Shown here piece after piece: positions 9,083 to 19,621 of a stretch of DNA of 64,000 nucleotides (within the stretch, counting starts at the first letter, position 1; each line of letters begins with the position of its first letter). Made by a program: the position numbers and the translations under genes. The stretch spans positions 70,303 to 134,302 of the forward strand of contig CAZRTH010000001.1 in assembly GCA_964602975.1 (NCBI GenBank). Direction: 5' to 3'. Origin of the DNA: an uncultured Candidatus Saccharibacteria bacterium (lineage in GTDB: Bacteria; Patescibacteriota; Minisyncoccia; Phycocordibacterales; JBBTRF01). Under the pieces are notes generated by a model. It made no database searches. It was given only the letters and a program-made list of their open reading frames with translations, and had not been told where the DNA came from.

Positions 9083-12000
9083 TTAGAACTCGTCTAGGTC
9101 GGGATTGGTTCGGACGGTCACGGTGATCTCTGATACAGCCTTTGGCGTGCCTGTCGCTCGGCTCACACCCTTTGAGAAGACCTTGAGAGCATATCGGTAG
9201 GTGCCCTCAGTGTTGAATGGGCCAACTTTGATCGTGTTGCCGCTGATCGCCGTGCTGTATAGTTGCTGGGAGAGTACGTCGCTCGTTCCGCCGGTGCCGG
9301 ACTGACTAATGAAGTAGAAGTCATCAGCATTACCGCCGGAAATGCTGTATCGTAGTGCCGCGGCTCTGCCTTTTTGGGTGGTGATCGATGATTTATACAC
9401 GCTTGGGCTGGAAGGTGCCGCAGCCGAAGTGTTTGCGATGGAGACAGCGCCGAATTCTAGGTCGGAAGCGACCATCTCTGACGGTACCGCAGGACAGCTA
9501 ATGAGCTGCGAGCTATTCACCGCCACCGAGGAGTCCGCTACCGACACTGTTGGGAATTGACCGACCATCGCGCCGTCTATTTTGAATGAATCGGTTGGGG
9601 TCGAGACACCGGTATGGGTGACTGTGCTAGCGCCGCTTGGTGTCCAGTTGAATCGGAACGGCTGGTTGCCCTTGAAACTCCCTGTGATGTCTGCCGTCCA
9701 TGTCCAGCCATCGGGACTTGTCGATTTGGTTGGTGGATTGCAAGTGAGGCCGAGGATGCTCGAGGTCTCGCATACGCCGATACAGGAGGCGCCACCGCCC
9801 GGAGGAGGCGTATAAGTGGTTCCGCCACCGCCACCAACTGGCAGAATAGTGACAGTCGCACTCATCGTCTTCTGCTGCGCTCCGGAAGTGACAGTCATCG
9901 TACCGGTCTTGGTGCCGGCGCTTGCATAAGAAGTTGTGGTTCGATCGGCCGTGCCGGAGACGTCGCTTGACCAAGAGTAGGCATAGGTACCGGTACCGCC
10001 CGAAACAGTGACCGTCCACGTGATGGCATCGTTCACATATGCTGTTGCTGGGCTGCCAGTGACCGCCGCTTGGAGCTCTGGCGGTGGCGGAGCGGTGACG
10101 GTGGCGTTTGGACAAGTGACCGAGAGTGTCTGGTTGCCTGAATAAATGGTCACGCTCGCAGTCTTGGTGCCTGGAGTGCTGTATACGATCGGTGCGGTTC
10201 TGCTTCCGCCATTCAGGCCGTCGCTTCCGGTCCATGAATAGGTGTAAGTGCCATCGCCGCCGGAAGGATTCGTGCTCCAAGTAGCGATCTCATCGACTTG
10301 CGCGCCGACCGGTGCCGTACAGCTTGCGGTGATCGCTGGAACAGGTGGCGGAGGTGTAGGTGGCGTGAGGATATTGGCCGTGGATGAGACAGTAATAGTC
10401 TGGCCCGCAGAGACCACCTGTACACTTGCGCTCTTTTGGCCGGCGGATGAATATGCAACCGTCGCGCTCTGAGTGAAGCCTGCGAGGCTCTGACTACCGC
10501 TCCATGAATAAGAGTAGGTACCATCGCCACCCTGAGGCACTGCTGCCCAAGTGATCGGCTCGCCAACATATGCGGTAGATGGATTTGCCACGATATCTAC
10601 ATTCAAAGCTGGCGGGGTGACCGGCGCTGGGGCGACGGAAATATCTGGACATGTCTTGACGAGGGACTGCTCGCCGGAGAATATCGTAACAGTGGCTCCC
10701 TTGGTACCCGCCGTAGGATAATTGATAGAAGTTTCGGTGCCTCCGCCATTCAAACCGTCTGTGCCGGTCCATGAATAGGTGTAGGTGCTGTCGCCGCCTG
10801 AAGCCGACACGGACCATGTCGATATTTGCAAAGCAATAGGGTTTGTCGGAACCGTACAAGTAGCGGTGATCGGTGCTGGGGGCTCTGGCGGAGGAGGCGG
10901 TACAATTGCAGGCTGGATCACCGCCTGAGCACTGACCGTTTTGAGTAATCCGCCGGAAATAACCTCCACAGTAGCGGTCATTGTTCCGGCTGTTTGGTAT
11001 GAAATTGTCGCGCTCGGGGTGAAGCCGGCAAGACTCTGGCTGCCGCTCCAAGAGTATTCATATGAGCCATCTCCTCCTTCAGGCACAGCGGACCAAGTGA
11101 TCGGCTCTCCCACGCGGGCAGATGGCGGACTCGCGACAACGACCACTTCAAGAGGTGGCAAAGGCGGCGTGCCGACACTGATGTTTGTACAAGGCACGAC
11201 AAGCGTCCTGCCGCCCGACGATATCGCGACGCTGGCAAACTTGATACCCGCAACGCTGTACACTTTCGGTGCCGATGTTCCGCTACTTGCGAGAGAGTCC
11301 GATCCAGACCAGGAATACGTAAAGGTACCTGTTCCTCCGGAAGCCGTAGCACTCCATGTGGCGACTTGGCCTGTGATGGCACCCGTCGGAGAGATACACG
11401 AGCCGGCAATATCAGGAAGTTCAGGATCAGGATTCGAAGGGACTGGCACGTCAAACTGGACCCAGCCAAGCACGTCTGAACCCCAGGCATATCCGGCATA
11501 TCGGCTGTCGCTGTTCAGCTGCACGCCGTAGTTGCCGCTTGCTGTAATACCGCTCAGGCTGACCCATCCGCCCCAGCCACCTCGTGGGTCAGGGTTGGTT
11601 GCAGTATAGGTTGTTCCTGCGGCGTCGGAACATGTCGAAGGGCTCGAGGCTGCTCCACAAGCACGTACCCAGCCGGAAAGTCGGCCGGTGGAAGCATCGA
11701 CTCGGGCGTTCTGGCGCACCGTTCCGGGCGCCACTGTACTCGATGGCATTGAGTCGGTCGCGAGACCGCCGAATTTGATCCAACCGATATTCGCAGCCCA
11801 AACATAGCCGGTGAGATTTCCGTAAATATCTCGGTTCACGCCGTATTCGCCGCTAGGAGCCGCTTCGTTGTTGCTGCTAAAGCTGAGCCAGCCGACAGTC
11901 GATGACCAAGCCCAGCCTGCCAGTGCTGTGGGGATAGCGAAGGTCGAGCCAGGAGTGCTGTAGCCGTTGGTATCAACAGGAGTTGGATTAACTTCTTCAG

Positions 12001-15000
12001 AAGTCGGAGCTGGTGAAGCCGTGGCCTCGACGGGTGTTTGGGTGGTCTGAGCTGCCGGATCGGTCACCGAGAAGCTGAAGGTTACGGATGTCAGAGGAGT
12101 GCCTGCATCGTACATGAGTACGGTTAACCCCGCGTTATTGAAAAGTGGCGTGGCGCTAGTGGTGTCGATACGGAGAGTGGCAGTACAAGACGGGCTCGGA
12201 GTACAAGGTGCGTTCATGAACGAATACGTCGTGCCCGCAGGCATCGTGCTCCCCATCGTAAAGGTGACCGGCTTCCCCGCTCCGGTGCTCGTTTTTTGCA
12301 CAGCGATTGAAACATATGCAGGAGAACCTCTTGGTACGGTTACCGGACTGTTGGTGGTAGCTGAAATGGTGAATGATTCCGCTCCGTTGGCCGGAGCAGA
12401 GGCGACATGGAAATTGAAGAGAAGATCGGTGCTATTGGCGTTGCCTGCAGTATCGCTACAACGAACATAGTAGCTACGGTAGCTGCCGTTTGTCAGGCCG
12501 GTGAGCGTCGCAGAATGAGTTTTGCCGCCATTGCTCGCAGTGAGGGTCGAGGTCATAGCCGAGTATGGCGTACCGGATGGATTGGTGTAGGTTGTAGCGT
12601 ACTTGCAAGTAGCCGATTCATCAGTATCCAAAGAGATGAAGGTACTCGTTGTGCCGGCAGGAAGCTCGGTGAAGCTCGATGGTGGTAGCGGCGGCGTCAC
12701 TCGGGTGCGTACTGGCGGCATTCTGTCTACGCCAGCCAGAACCGTCACTTTCGCCACTTCGTACGCAAGAGTGGTTGGCCCCGTTCCCGCAGGCAGGTTT
12801 GTTAGATTGGTGAGAGAAAAACGATCTGGACCGTCATAAAAACCAGTCATCAGACGGTACTCTCCTGGCGGCAGAGTGTTGGTAGGAGTTTTAAAGGTAA
12901 ATGTTTCGGATCGATCACCGCCGGACCACGTTGAAGGATATTGTGAGAACGTCAGGTTCGGATAGCCCATGTCGTTGGACCCAATGACGAGAGAGTTGTC
13001 GGCATTGACGAGAAAACTGAACTGGTTCCAATTCTTCTCGGTCGGACCGCCACGATAATGGTAGGTGACAGTGAATATTTCCCCCTGTCTTGTAGTGATA
13101 GTAGCGGGTGTTGCCGGCAAAATGCTCACAGCCGTGACTTGGCGAGTCGGGCCCGAAGTCGGGCAAGCACCGAGTGCGCAGCCGCCGCTTGCAGGAGGAA
13201 CAACGGCTACCGTCACGTTTCCGCCGGTATTCGTGAGGTTCGCTTTTGCCAGAGCACCCTGGCTGGCATTGTAGTAGCTACCGCTACCGCTCGATTGCAG
13301 CCTCACCGCTCGGACCATGTAGCGTGAAAGTCCCGAAGAGACAGAAGGGTCAGTGAAGGTTGTCGCAGTGATCGGACTAGTCGTGAGACGAGCGAAAGCG
13401 CCATTTCCTAGAGCCCGATACACGTGATATCCGACAATACCGACATCAGGAGAAGCTGTCCAGCTTACATTGACTGAATTTACGCCGCCAGAGCTGAGCA
13501 CGATGCTTGTCGGAGGCAGAACAGTATGGAGGTGGAGCGTCGGATCACCCATGAGCGCTGCTGCCGACGCACGTTTGGTTCCACTGGCAGTCCATTTATA
13601 GAGAGGCGCATACGACTGTGCGGGATCGATGTTTTGTGACAATCGAGTGCTGTCTCCAAGCGTTTCACCGAGGCCCATGCGATAAAACTTCCAATTATAA
13701 AAACCTACCCAAGCGCTGCTCAAACCGTATGCCTGGTCGGCAATAAAAGAGCGCATGAGGTTATCGGAAAAATCCCAATCTCCAAAATAGCTGCCGAACA
13801 TCTGATTGAAAATGCCGGGGCTTTTGCCACTTGCTACGATATCATTGGTAGCGATTCCATTGTAAATACCAGCAGGATAGCCAGGGCCAGCGAAGCGAGT
13901 CCACAGGTTTCCATTTCCATCACCAAGAGAAGAACTAGAGAAGAAGCCGTTCTGTCCGAAAAAGGCGACGAAGTCCTTCCATGTGTCCTGCTCGTGCAAG
14001 AAAGCGAACAGATCGGAAGTGTAGCCAACACCTACTGTCGACATGCCTCCGACCCTAAAGAGATGGTCTTTGTTCAAATATTGGCGCAGAAGATCTTTCT
14101 CGTTCTTTGGCAAGAAAGCGGTCATGTTCGCGAAGTCGACTCGGCCAACTGCCAGCTCCACCTTTGAAGGAATCGTGTTCTGGTCGAATTTCCCGTCTCC
14201 CGGAAAATTGGCGGTTCTGGTGGGGATCGTCGGACAGACAAGTTCGACTGGGCATCGTGACGCACTAGATTGCGTATCGGTCCATGTTCCGTCTATGTCT
14301 CCATAGAAAACATCTGCCGGCCAAGCGCCATTATGATCATCGTGCCCGTCCGACGCCGCGAATCCTGAGTATGGCACCGGTACGTGGCCGAACAGGAACA
14401 CATGCGATGTTACTGCCGGATCCTCGAGATATTTTTGAGCAATGAGATTTCGTACAAGCGAAGGCGTGTCCGCCCTAGATACATCAAGCCGCACGACCGT
14501 CCAACCATCGCCCTCGAGGTCATCCTTCAGACGGTCCAACTCGAAAGAAAGGTCCGACGCGTATGTATTGTCCACTACCAAGACCACTCGGCCGCGACTA
14601 TCCACCAAAGGCGCTTTGTTGCCGGCCAGCACATAGGCTTCGTCGGTTCCCCCGCCATTGATCGTTTTGACCACGCGATACTCAAATACCGAACCGGGAC
14701 CGGCTGATGTGTCCAGATAGGTCAGGGGCGTTGGTCCAGAAATAGTACCGATGATCGAACCCCACGAGTCTGCGTTCTTTGCCTTTCGATATATATCGTA
14801 TTTTTGCGCGTTTGGATCGGCACTCCACTGCAGGAGGATGCCGGACGGACTTTCGTTCGCAGAAGCGCTCAACAGAACAGTGCTTGGCAGCACAGCATCA
14901 CCTGCGTTTGCCGTAGACGGTATGAAATATCCAGAGAGAAGCAGAAGACCGGCCACCACGACAGAACCAAAGAATGCCTTTGTTCTTTGAGCGGTTGGTA

Positions 15001-15004
15001 TCAT
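9083..15004 (-). CDS. Giant secreted multidomain surface protein (FnIII, C25/gingipain-like domain, Ig-like, GWAW repeats, PKD-like repeats)
   Basis: Signal peptide, LFGHVP, AVGRVD, LMGDPTL, two FnIII-like domains, GWAWSSTVGW repeats and six GGxGxYxYSW units. Confidence 0.85.
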   Translation of the reverse strand: MIPTAQRTKAFFGSVVVAGLLLLSGYFIPSTANAGDAVLPSTVLLSASANESPSGILLQWSADPNAQKYDIYRKAKNADSWGSIIGTISGPTPLTYLDTSAGPGSVFEYRVVKTINGGGTDEAYVLAGNKAPLVDSRGRVVLVVDNTYASDLSFELDRLKDDLEGDGWTVVRLDVSRADTPSLVRNLIAQKYLEDPAVTSHVFLFGHVPVPYSGFAASDGHDDHNGAWPADVFYGDIDGTWTDTQSSASRCPVELVCPTIPTRTANFPGDGKFDQNTIPSKVELAVGRVDFANMTAFLPKNEKDLLRQYLNKDHLFRVGGMSTVGVGYTSDLFAFLHEQDTWKDFVAFFGQNGFFSSSSLGDGNGNLWTRFAGPGYPAGIYNGIATNDIVASGKSPGIFNQMFGSYFGDWDFSDNLMRSFIADQAYGLSSAWVGFYNWKFYRMGLGETLGDSTRLSQNIDPAQSYAPLYKWTASGTKRASAAALMGDPTLHLHTVLPPTSIVLSSGGVNSVNVSWTASPDVGIVGYHVYRALGNGAFARLTTSPITATTFTDPSVSSGLSRYMVRAVRLQSSGSGSYYNASQGALAKANLTNTGGNVTVAVVPPASGGCALGACPTSGPTRQVTAVSILPATPATITTRQGEIFTVTYHYRGGPTEKNWNQFSFLVNADNSLVIGSNDMGYPNLTFSQYPSTWSGGDRSETFTFKTPTNTLPPGEYRLMTGFYDGPDRFSLTNLTNLPAGTGPTTLAYEVAKVTVLAGVDRMPPVRTRVTPPLPPSSFTELPAGTTSTFISLDTDESATCKYATTYTNPSGTPYSAMTSTLTASNGGKTHSATLTGLTNGSYRSYYVRCSDTAGNANSTDLLFNFHVASAPANGAESFTISATTNSPVTVPRGSPAYVSIAVQKTSTGAGKPVTFTMGSTMPAGTTYSFMNAPCTPSPSCTATLRIDTTSATPLFNNAGLTVLMYDAGTPLTSVTFSFSVTDPAAQTTQTPVEATASPAPTSEEVNPTPVDTNGYSTPGSTFAIPTALAGWAWSSTVGWLSFSSNNEAAPSGEYGVNRDIYGNLTGYVWAANIGWIKFGGLATDSMPSSTVAPGTVRQNARVDASTGRLSGWVRACGAASSPSTCSDAAGTTYTATNPDPRGGWGGWVSLSGITASGNYGVQLNSDSRYAGYAWGSDVLGWVQFDVPVPSNPDPELPDIAGSCISPTGAITGQVATWSATASGGTGTFTYSWSGSDSLASSGTSAPKVYSVAGIKFASVAISSGGRTLVVPCTNISVGTPPLPPLEVVVVASPPSARVGEPITWSAVPEGGDGSYEYSWSGSQSLAGFTPSATISYQTAGTMTATVEVISGGLLKTVSAQAVIQPAIVPPPPPEPPAPITATCTVPTNPIALQISTWSVSASGGDSTYTYSWTGTDGLNGGGTETSINYPTAGTKGATVTIFSGEQSLVKTCPDISVAPAPVTPPALNVDIVANPSTAYVGEPITWAAVPQGGDGTYSYSWSGSQSLAGFTQSATVAYSSAGQKSASVQVVSAGQTITVSSTANILTPPTPPPPVPAITASCTAPVGAQVDEIATWSTNPSGGDGTYTYSWTGSDGLNGGSRTAPIVYSTPGTKTASVTIYSGNQTLSVTCPNATVTAPPPPELQAAVTGSPATAYVNDAITWTVTVSGGTGTYAYSWSSDVSGTADRTTTSYASAGTKTGTMTVTSGAQQKTMSATVTILPVGGGGGTTYTPPPGGGASCIGVCETSSILGLTCNPPTKSTSPDGWTWTADITGSFKGNQPFRFNWTPSGASTVTHTGVSTPTDSFKIDGAMVGQFPTVSVADSSVAVNSSQLISCPAVPSEMVASDLEFGAVSIANTSAAAPSSPSVYKSSITTQKGRAAALRYSISGGNADDFYFISQSGTGGTSDVLSQQLYSTAISGNTIKVGPFNTEGTYRYALKVFSKGVSRATGTPKAVSEITVTVRTNPDLDEF
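9850..11410 (-). repeat. Six PKD-like coding repeats arranged (AB)x3
   Basis: A units carry a Cys pair and YSW(T/S)G(T/S)DxL. B units carry SP..AYVGEPITW.AVP.GGDG.Y.YSWSGSQSLAGFT (third B unit more diverged). Confidence 0.8.
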
Positions 15005-15122
15005 TGCGTGTGAATTACGAGTAACATGTGAGGCGCGCCAAAATCCTCTTAAGAATACCTCACTCGACGCACTCTGACAACGAAAAACCGCTGTTGATAA
15101 CCTCTTGGTACTATAAGCGATA

Positions 15123-16301
15123 CTACAACCCCTCTTTTTTCAACTCTTCGATCGCCTTTTTGGCGGCGCGAGAAAGGTGCTTCGGCATGTCGACGGAAAT
15201 TTTCACAAAAAGATCTCCTCGGCGATTTTTGCTGCTGCCAACTTGCACGCCGCGACCCTTCACTCGCAACTGTTCACCGTGGTGAATGCCAGCAGGGATA
15301 CTGAGCTGGATCGTGCCGTCCAAAGTGGCAAGCGGTAGCTCACAACCAAGCAACGCATCGGAAAGTTTGATGGACAAAGTGGTATGCAAATCGTCTCCGT
15401 CGCGCTGGAAAAGCGGATGAGGAACGATGTGGATCTTCACATACAGGTCGCCAGCTGAGCCTGCGCCCGAGCCGCTCGAGGCGCCCGAGACAGCCTCGCC
15501 CTTCCCCGCCATTCGGAGCATTTCGCCGTCATTGATACCGGCAGGAATAGTAACCTCCAGCGTTTCTTGCTTTTCGTGCACGCCTGCACCGCGGCACACT
15601 CGACATTTTTCCTTCGGGATCGTGCCCTTTCCGACACAGGTCGGGCAGGTTTGGACCGTGTTGATGTTGCCAAGGAAGGATCGACGAGTCTCCTGCACTT
15701 TTCCTCGACCGTTACAAGTCGAGCACGTGTCGAGCTTGGTTCCCGGTTCGCCTCCGCTCCCTTTGCAATGATCACACTGGGCCGTTCGACTAAAACGGAG
15801 CTCTCGTTTAGTACCGAAAATGGCATCCTTGAATGGAATCTCGATGTCGATGGACATATCACGGCCTTTCTGCTTTCGTCCACGTGATCCGGCGCTGGAG
15901 CCACCTGAACCTCCTGAACCGCCACCAAAAATGTCTCCAAATAGATCGCTGATATCAAATTCTACATTTTGGCCACCGGTTCCACCGCCGCGAGCGAAGC
16001 CGCCAAAGCCTTGTCCACCGAAGCCCTGAGTGAACTGCGAAAAATCGAAGCCGTCAAAGCCGCCAGCTCCGCCGCCATTACCAGAGAAGCCCGGCTCAGC
16101 CGAGCCAAATCGGTCATACTGCGCGCGCTTCGTGTCGTCCGACAACACTGAATACGCCTCGTTCGCCTCTTTGAAACGTGCTTCGTTGCCACCTTTCTTG
16201 TCAGGATGATGCTCGTGCGCGAGCTTTCGGAACGCCTGTTTGATCTCGTCTTTCGTGGCGTTCTTCTCGACCCCGAGTGTTTTGTAGTAGTCTTTACTCA
16301 T
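15123..16301 (-). CDS. dnaJ: Chaperone DnaJ
   Basis: KDYY..LGV, HPD, G/F region, four CxxCxGxG. Start placed at MSKDYY. Confidence 0.96.
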   Translation of the reverse strand: MSKDYYKTLGVEKNATKDEIKQAFRKLAHEHHPDKKGGNEARFKEANEAYSVLSDDTKRAQYDRFGSAEPGFSGNGGGAGGFDGFDFSQFTQGFGGQGFGGFARGGGTGGQNVEFDISDLFGDIFGGGSGGSGGSSAGSRGRKQKGRDMSIDIEIPFKDAIFGTKRELRFSRTAQCDHCKGSGGEPGTKLDTCSTCNGRGKVQETRRSFLGNINTVQTCPTCVGKGTIPKEKCRVCRGAGVHEKQETLEVTIPAGINDGEMLRMAGKGEAVSGASSGSGAGSAGDLYVKIHIVPHPLFQRDGDDLHTTLSIKLSDALLGCELPLATLDGTIQLSIPAGIHHGEQLRVKGRGVQVGSSKNRRGDLFVKISVDMPKHLSRAAKKAIEELKKEGL

Positions 16302-16351
16302 TTTGTTTTGAAGGTTTTGTTTTTGGAATTTTATCCTCTTTTCCTCCATTC

Positions 16352-16395
16352 TCCCCGCGACGACTTTCGTAAATTACGCAAGTAGGTCACGGGGA
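16352..16395. repeat. Intergenic hairpin
   Basis: TCCCCGCGAC...GTCACGGGGA with inner CGTAA/TTACG. Confidence 0.55.
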
Positions 16396-16404
16396 ATAGG
16401 AGGA

Positions 16405-16506
16405 GGGGTGTCTGGAGGACTTTTTCGACTACCCGCGGATTTTGCATACTTTTTTCATACTTTCGTATGACAAATCCGATGGTACTCGATTTCACTGCGC
16501 CACCCC
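16405..16506. repeat. Palindromic REP/MITE-like element, copy 1
   Basis: 16430-16487 matches the reverse complement of 62479-62536 at 52/58 nt. Bounded by GGGGTG...CACCCC. Confidence 0.8.
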
Positions 16507-16532
16507 CGCTGGTCACAGAGTACAGAGTGTGG

Positions 16533-18473
16533 TTATTTCTTCTGACCACCCTGGCCATTCTGACCGTCCTTCCCGCCTTCCTTGAACTCTGCATCACGTA
16601 CCGGGCCGTCACCTTTTGGAGCTTCGCCGTTTGCTCCGGCACCCGCTGCGCCGCCCGCACCCGCGCCTGTATTGGCCTTGCTCATCGCCTCGCCGACTTT
16701 CGAGAGCTCGGTTGAGAGAGCTTCGGTCGCGCTCTTGATCTTTGCGAGATCAGTGCCGTCCTTCACCTGCTTGAGGTCAGCGATCTTGTCCTCGACGCCC
16801 TTGCGGACATCAGCGGGTACTTTGTCGCCAGCATCTTTCAATGCCTTCTCGCTGGTGTAGATCATTTGCTCAGCGATATTCTTGGCCTCGACAGCTTCGC
16901 GCTTTTTCTGGTCTTCAGCGGTGTGCATTTCTGCGTCCTTCTGCATCTTCGCCACCTCTTCTTTCGAAAGACCTGAGCTTGCGGTGATCTTGATCGAATT
17001 ACTCTTGCCGGTGGTCTTGTCCTTGGCGGTCACGTTCAAGATACCGTTCGCATCAATGTCAAAAGAAACTTCCACTTGCGGCATGCCGCGAGGTGCTGGT
17101 GGAATACCATCGAGGATGAATCGGCCAAGAGACTTGTTGTCCGTCGCCATGGCTCGCTCACCCTGCACGATGTGGATCTCCACCGAAGTTTGATTATCTG
17201 CTGCGGTCGAGAATACTTGCGACTTCTGTGTCGGGATGGTAGTGTTCTTCTCGATGAGCTTGGTTGCCACACCGCCCATGGTCTCGATACCAAATGAAAG
17301 CGGAATCACATCGAGCAAGAGCACGTCCTTCACATCTCCAGCGAGAATACCTCCTTGGATCGCGGCGCCAATCGCTACCACTTCGTCTGGATTCACACCC
17401 ATATGAAGCTCCTTGCCAAAGAATGCCTTCACCGCCGCCTGCATTGCAGGCATTCGGGTCTGACCTCCCACCATCACCACTTCGTTGATGTCGGCCACCT
17501 TAAATGGTGACGCTTCCATCGCGCGCTTGGTGATCGCCATTGCGCGGTCGATGAATTCTCGTGTTAGGTCTTCGAGGGTCGAACGGGTCATGGTCTTCAC
17601 GAGATGTTTCGGACCGTCGCTGCCGGATGAGATGAACGGAATGTTGATCTCAGTCTGCACTGCGGTCGAGAGCTCGATCTTGGCCTTTTCTGCGGCCTCG
17701 TCGAGGCGTTGCACGGCAAGAGGATCCTTCATGAGGTCGATGCCGTTCTCCTTTTTGAAATCGTCCGCAAGCCATTTGATGATCTTCTGGTCGATATCTT
17801 TTCCTCCAAGATGTGCGTCACCGTCGGTAGACTTCACTTCCACAAGGTCGGCGCCCACTTCGAGCACAGAGATGTCAAAAGTACCGCCTCCGAAGTCGAA
17901 GACGACGATCTTTTCATCCTTCTTTTTGTTGAAGCCGTATGCGAGTGCGGCCGCGGTCGGCTCGTTGATGATGCGCATCACTTCGAGACCGGCAATCTTG
18001 CCGGCATCCTTGGTTGCCTGTCGCTGTGCGTCGTTGAAATATGCGGGGACAGTGATGACAGCTTGAGTGACCTTCTCGCCGAGGCGCGCTTCCGCGTCGG
18101 TCTTGAGCTTGGTGAGGATCATGGCTGAGATCTCCTCCGGTCGGAGCCATTTGTCGGCCATTTTCACCTCGACGCCGCCATTTGCAGACTTCTGCACCTC
18201 GAAAGGCACAGAGGCTTTGTCTTTCTGCACCGCATCTTCATCGAAGGTGTGTCCGATGAAGCGCTTGATCTGGAATACGGTGTTCTTTGGGTTGGTCACG
18301 GCCTGTCGTCGCGCGAGGAGGCCGACGAGTCGGTCACCGGTCTTTGATTGAGCGACGATGGATGGCGTGGTGCGCGCACCTTCTGCGTTTTCAAGAATTT
18401 TTGGCGAGCCCGCTTCCATCACCGCGACTGCTGAGTTGGTTGTACCTAGGTCAATTCCAATTATTTTGGACAT
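16533..18473 (-). CDS. dnaK: Chaperone DnaK
   Basis: [32 protein letters not shown]. Confidence 0.98.
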   Translation of the reverse strand: MSKIIGIDLGTTNSAVAVMEAGSPKILENAEGARTTPSIVAQSKTGDRLVGLLARRQAVTNPKNTVFQIKRFIGHTFDEDAVQKDKASVPFEVQKSANGGVEVKMADKWLRPEEISAMILTKLKTDAEARLGEKVTQAVITVPAYFNDAQRQATKDAGKIAGLEVMRIINEPTAAALAYGFNKKKDEKIVVFDFGGGTFDISVLEVGADLVEVKSTDGDAHLGGKDIDQKIIKWLADDFKKENGIDLMKDPLAVQRLDEAAEKAKIELSTAVQTEINIPFISSGSDGPKHLVKTMTRSTLEDLTREFIDRAMAITKRAMEASPFKVADINEVVMVGGQTRMPAMQAAVKAFFGKELHMGVNPDEVVAIGAAIQGGILAGDVKDVLLLDVIPLSFGIETMGGVATKLIEKNTTIPTQKSQVFSTAADNQTSVEIHIVQGERAMATDNKSLGRFILDGIPPAPRGMPQVEVSFDIDANGILNVTAKDKTTGKSNSIKITASSGLSKEEVAKMQKDAEMHTAEDQKKREAVEAKNIAEQMIYTSEKALKDAGDKVPADVRKGVEDKIADLKQVKDGTDLAKIKSATEALSTELSKVGEAMSKANTGAGAGGAAGAGANGEAPKGDGPVRDAEFKEGGKDGQNGQGGQKK

Positions 18474-18525
18474 GTGTAATGTGCGTTAAAAACTTAGTAA
18501 AGGATTTTTCAAAAAATCCGAAAGT

Positions 18526-18852
18526 TTACAACGCAAAAGATGGTGCTCGGGTTGGTTGACTCTTGAGAATGGCTTTGGTGGCGAGATGCGGATAGACGAC
18601 AGACTCGAGCTGGATGGATTGGATAAATTCAAAAACGGCTCGGGTAATTGGTGCTGGGAGAGCCTGGATGGTAGCGGCACTTACCACCTCGGAGGCAAAG
18701 GCTTCAGCGGCCCCGATCGGAGTAGCTGAGAGGAGTTTAACGCGAATCTGCCCTTGGTACTCAGCGACCAAGAAACGAGCACGAACATAGCCTCCAGCCC
18801 TTGTTTTAAGGACTTTTTCAACGATATTTTGCTGTGGAGCGAGGGTCAGCAT
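18526..18852 (-). CDS. Hypothetical protein directly upstream of dnaK (108 aa, C-terminal RAP motif)
   Basis: TATAAT just before the ATG at 18852. Ends in QPTRAPSFAL, 52 nt before dnaK. Confidence 0.7.
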   Translation of the reverse strand: MLTLAPQQNIVEKVLKTRAGGYVRARFLVAEYQGQIRVKLLSATPIGAAEAFASEVVSAATIQALPAPITRAVFEFIQSIQLESVVYPHLATKAILKSQPTRAPSFAL

Positions 18853-18904
18853 TGGAATGTTATTATAGCAGAAATACGGAGGAGTCAAGGTTTTTTAATT
18901 GCGT

Positions 18905-18933
18905 TTGACAGCTAATACTATTAATGCTATAAT
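18905..18933 (+). promoter_or_regulatory. Consensus sigma70 promoter
   Basis: TTGACA-17 nt-TATAAT. Confidence 0.8.
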
Positions 18934-18985
18934 TTAACTCGATTTTGAACAAGCGTCTCAAACAACCGCTTGTCTGAAAGGCACC

Positions 18986-19552
18986 TTGAGTATAGAGAAC
19001 TTGCTGGTCGTCGCCAGCATCCTGACCGCTTTCGTCACCTACGTGTTCCTGATTAAAGGTCTGCTTGGGCAGGGTGTCGAGCAAAGTTTCGCCACCTGGT
19101 TTTTGTGGGCGATGCTCGACCTTATCGCCGCTCTGAGCATGATGTTCAAGGGCGGCAACTACCAGCTCGCCCTTTTCTACACATTCTTCGGGACGTTCAT
19201 CTCCGGCCTTCTGCTCTACAAGAAGCAATTCAGCTGGACACGGCTGGAAACGACAGTGACCGGCTTGGTGATAGCCTGCATCGTGATCTGGGCCACAAGT
19301 GGCGACCGTGCCGCAACCATTGCAAGCACTACTGCCATGGCCATTGCCACAGCACCACAGCTCGTCGCTGCTTGGAAAAAGCCGATGACCGCCGGAAGTC
19401 CCTTCATCTGGGGAGGCTATACCGTCGCCAACATCTTCTCGTTCTTCGGAGGCAAAGCCTGGACAGTGGAAGAACGCTTCTATCCGGGAGTCTGCGTTGT
19501 CCTCTGTGTGTGGCTAACCGTCCTCACTAGATCCCAGCTTCGGCGGGCATGA
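18986..19552 (+). CDS. Multi-pass membrane protein (PQ-loop-like)
   Basis: About 7 hydrophobic segments, APQL..AWKKP. AAAGG SD-like sequence before a TTG start. Confidence 0.75.
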   Translation: MSIENLLVVASILTAFVTYVFLIKGLLGQGVEQSFATWFLWAMLDLIAALSMMFKGGNYQLALFYTFFGTFISGLLLYKKQFSWTRLETTVTGLVIACIVIWATSGDRAATIASTTAMAIATAPQLVAAWKKPMTAGSPFIWGGYTVANIFSFFGGKAWTVEERFYPGVCVVLCVWLTVLTRSQLRRA

Positions 19553-19570
19553 CGCCAAACACAACTCGCA

Positions 19571-19605
19571 AACCGCGCCCTTCACTGGACGCGGTCTTCT
19601 TTTTT
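19571..19605 (+). terminator. Intrinsic terminator
   Basis: ACCGCG...CGCGGT plus T tract. Confidence 0.55.
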
Positions 19606-19621
19606 AAAAAACTACTGCGCC

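Noticed and set aside
9075-9088. GAGCCTGTTTAGAA resembling an IS5-family end
   Set aside because: It overlaps the stop codon of the giant gene, with no partner repeat or transposase.
9850-11410. Repeats as a possible CRISPR array or DGR template
   Set aside because: They are in-frame diverged protein domains. No spacers, cas genes or reverse transcriptase.
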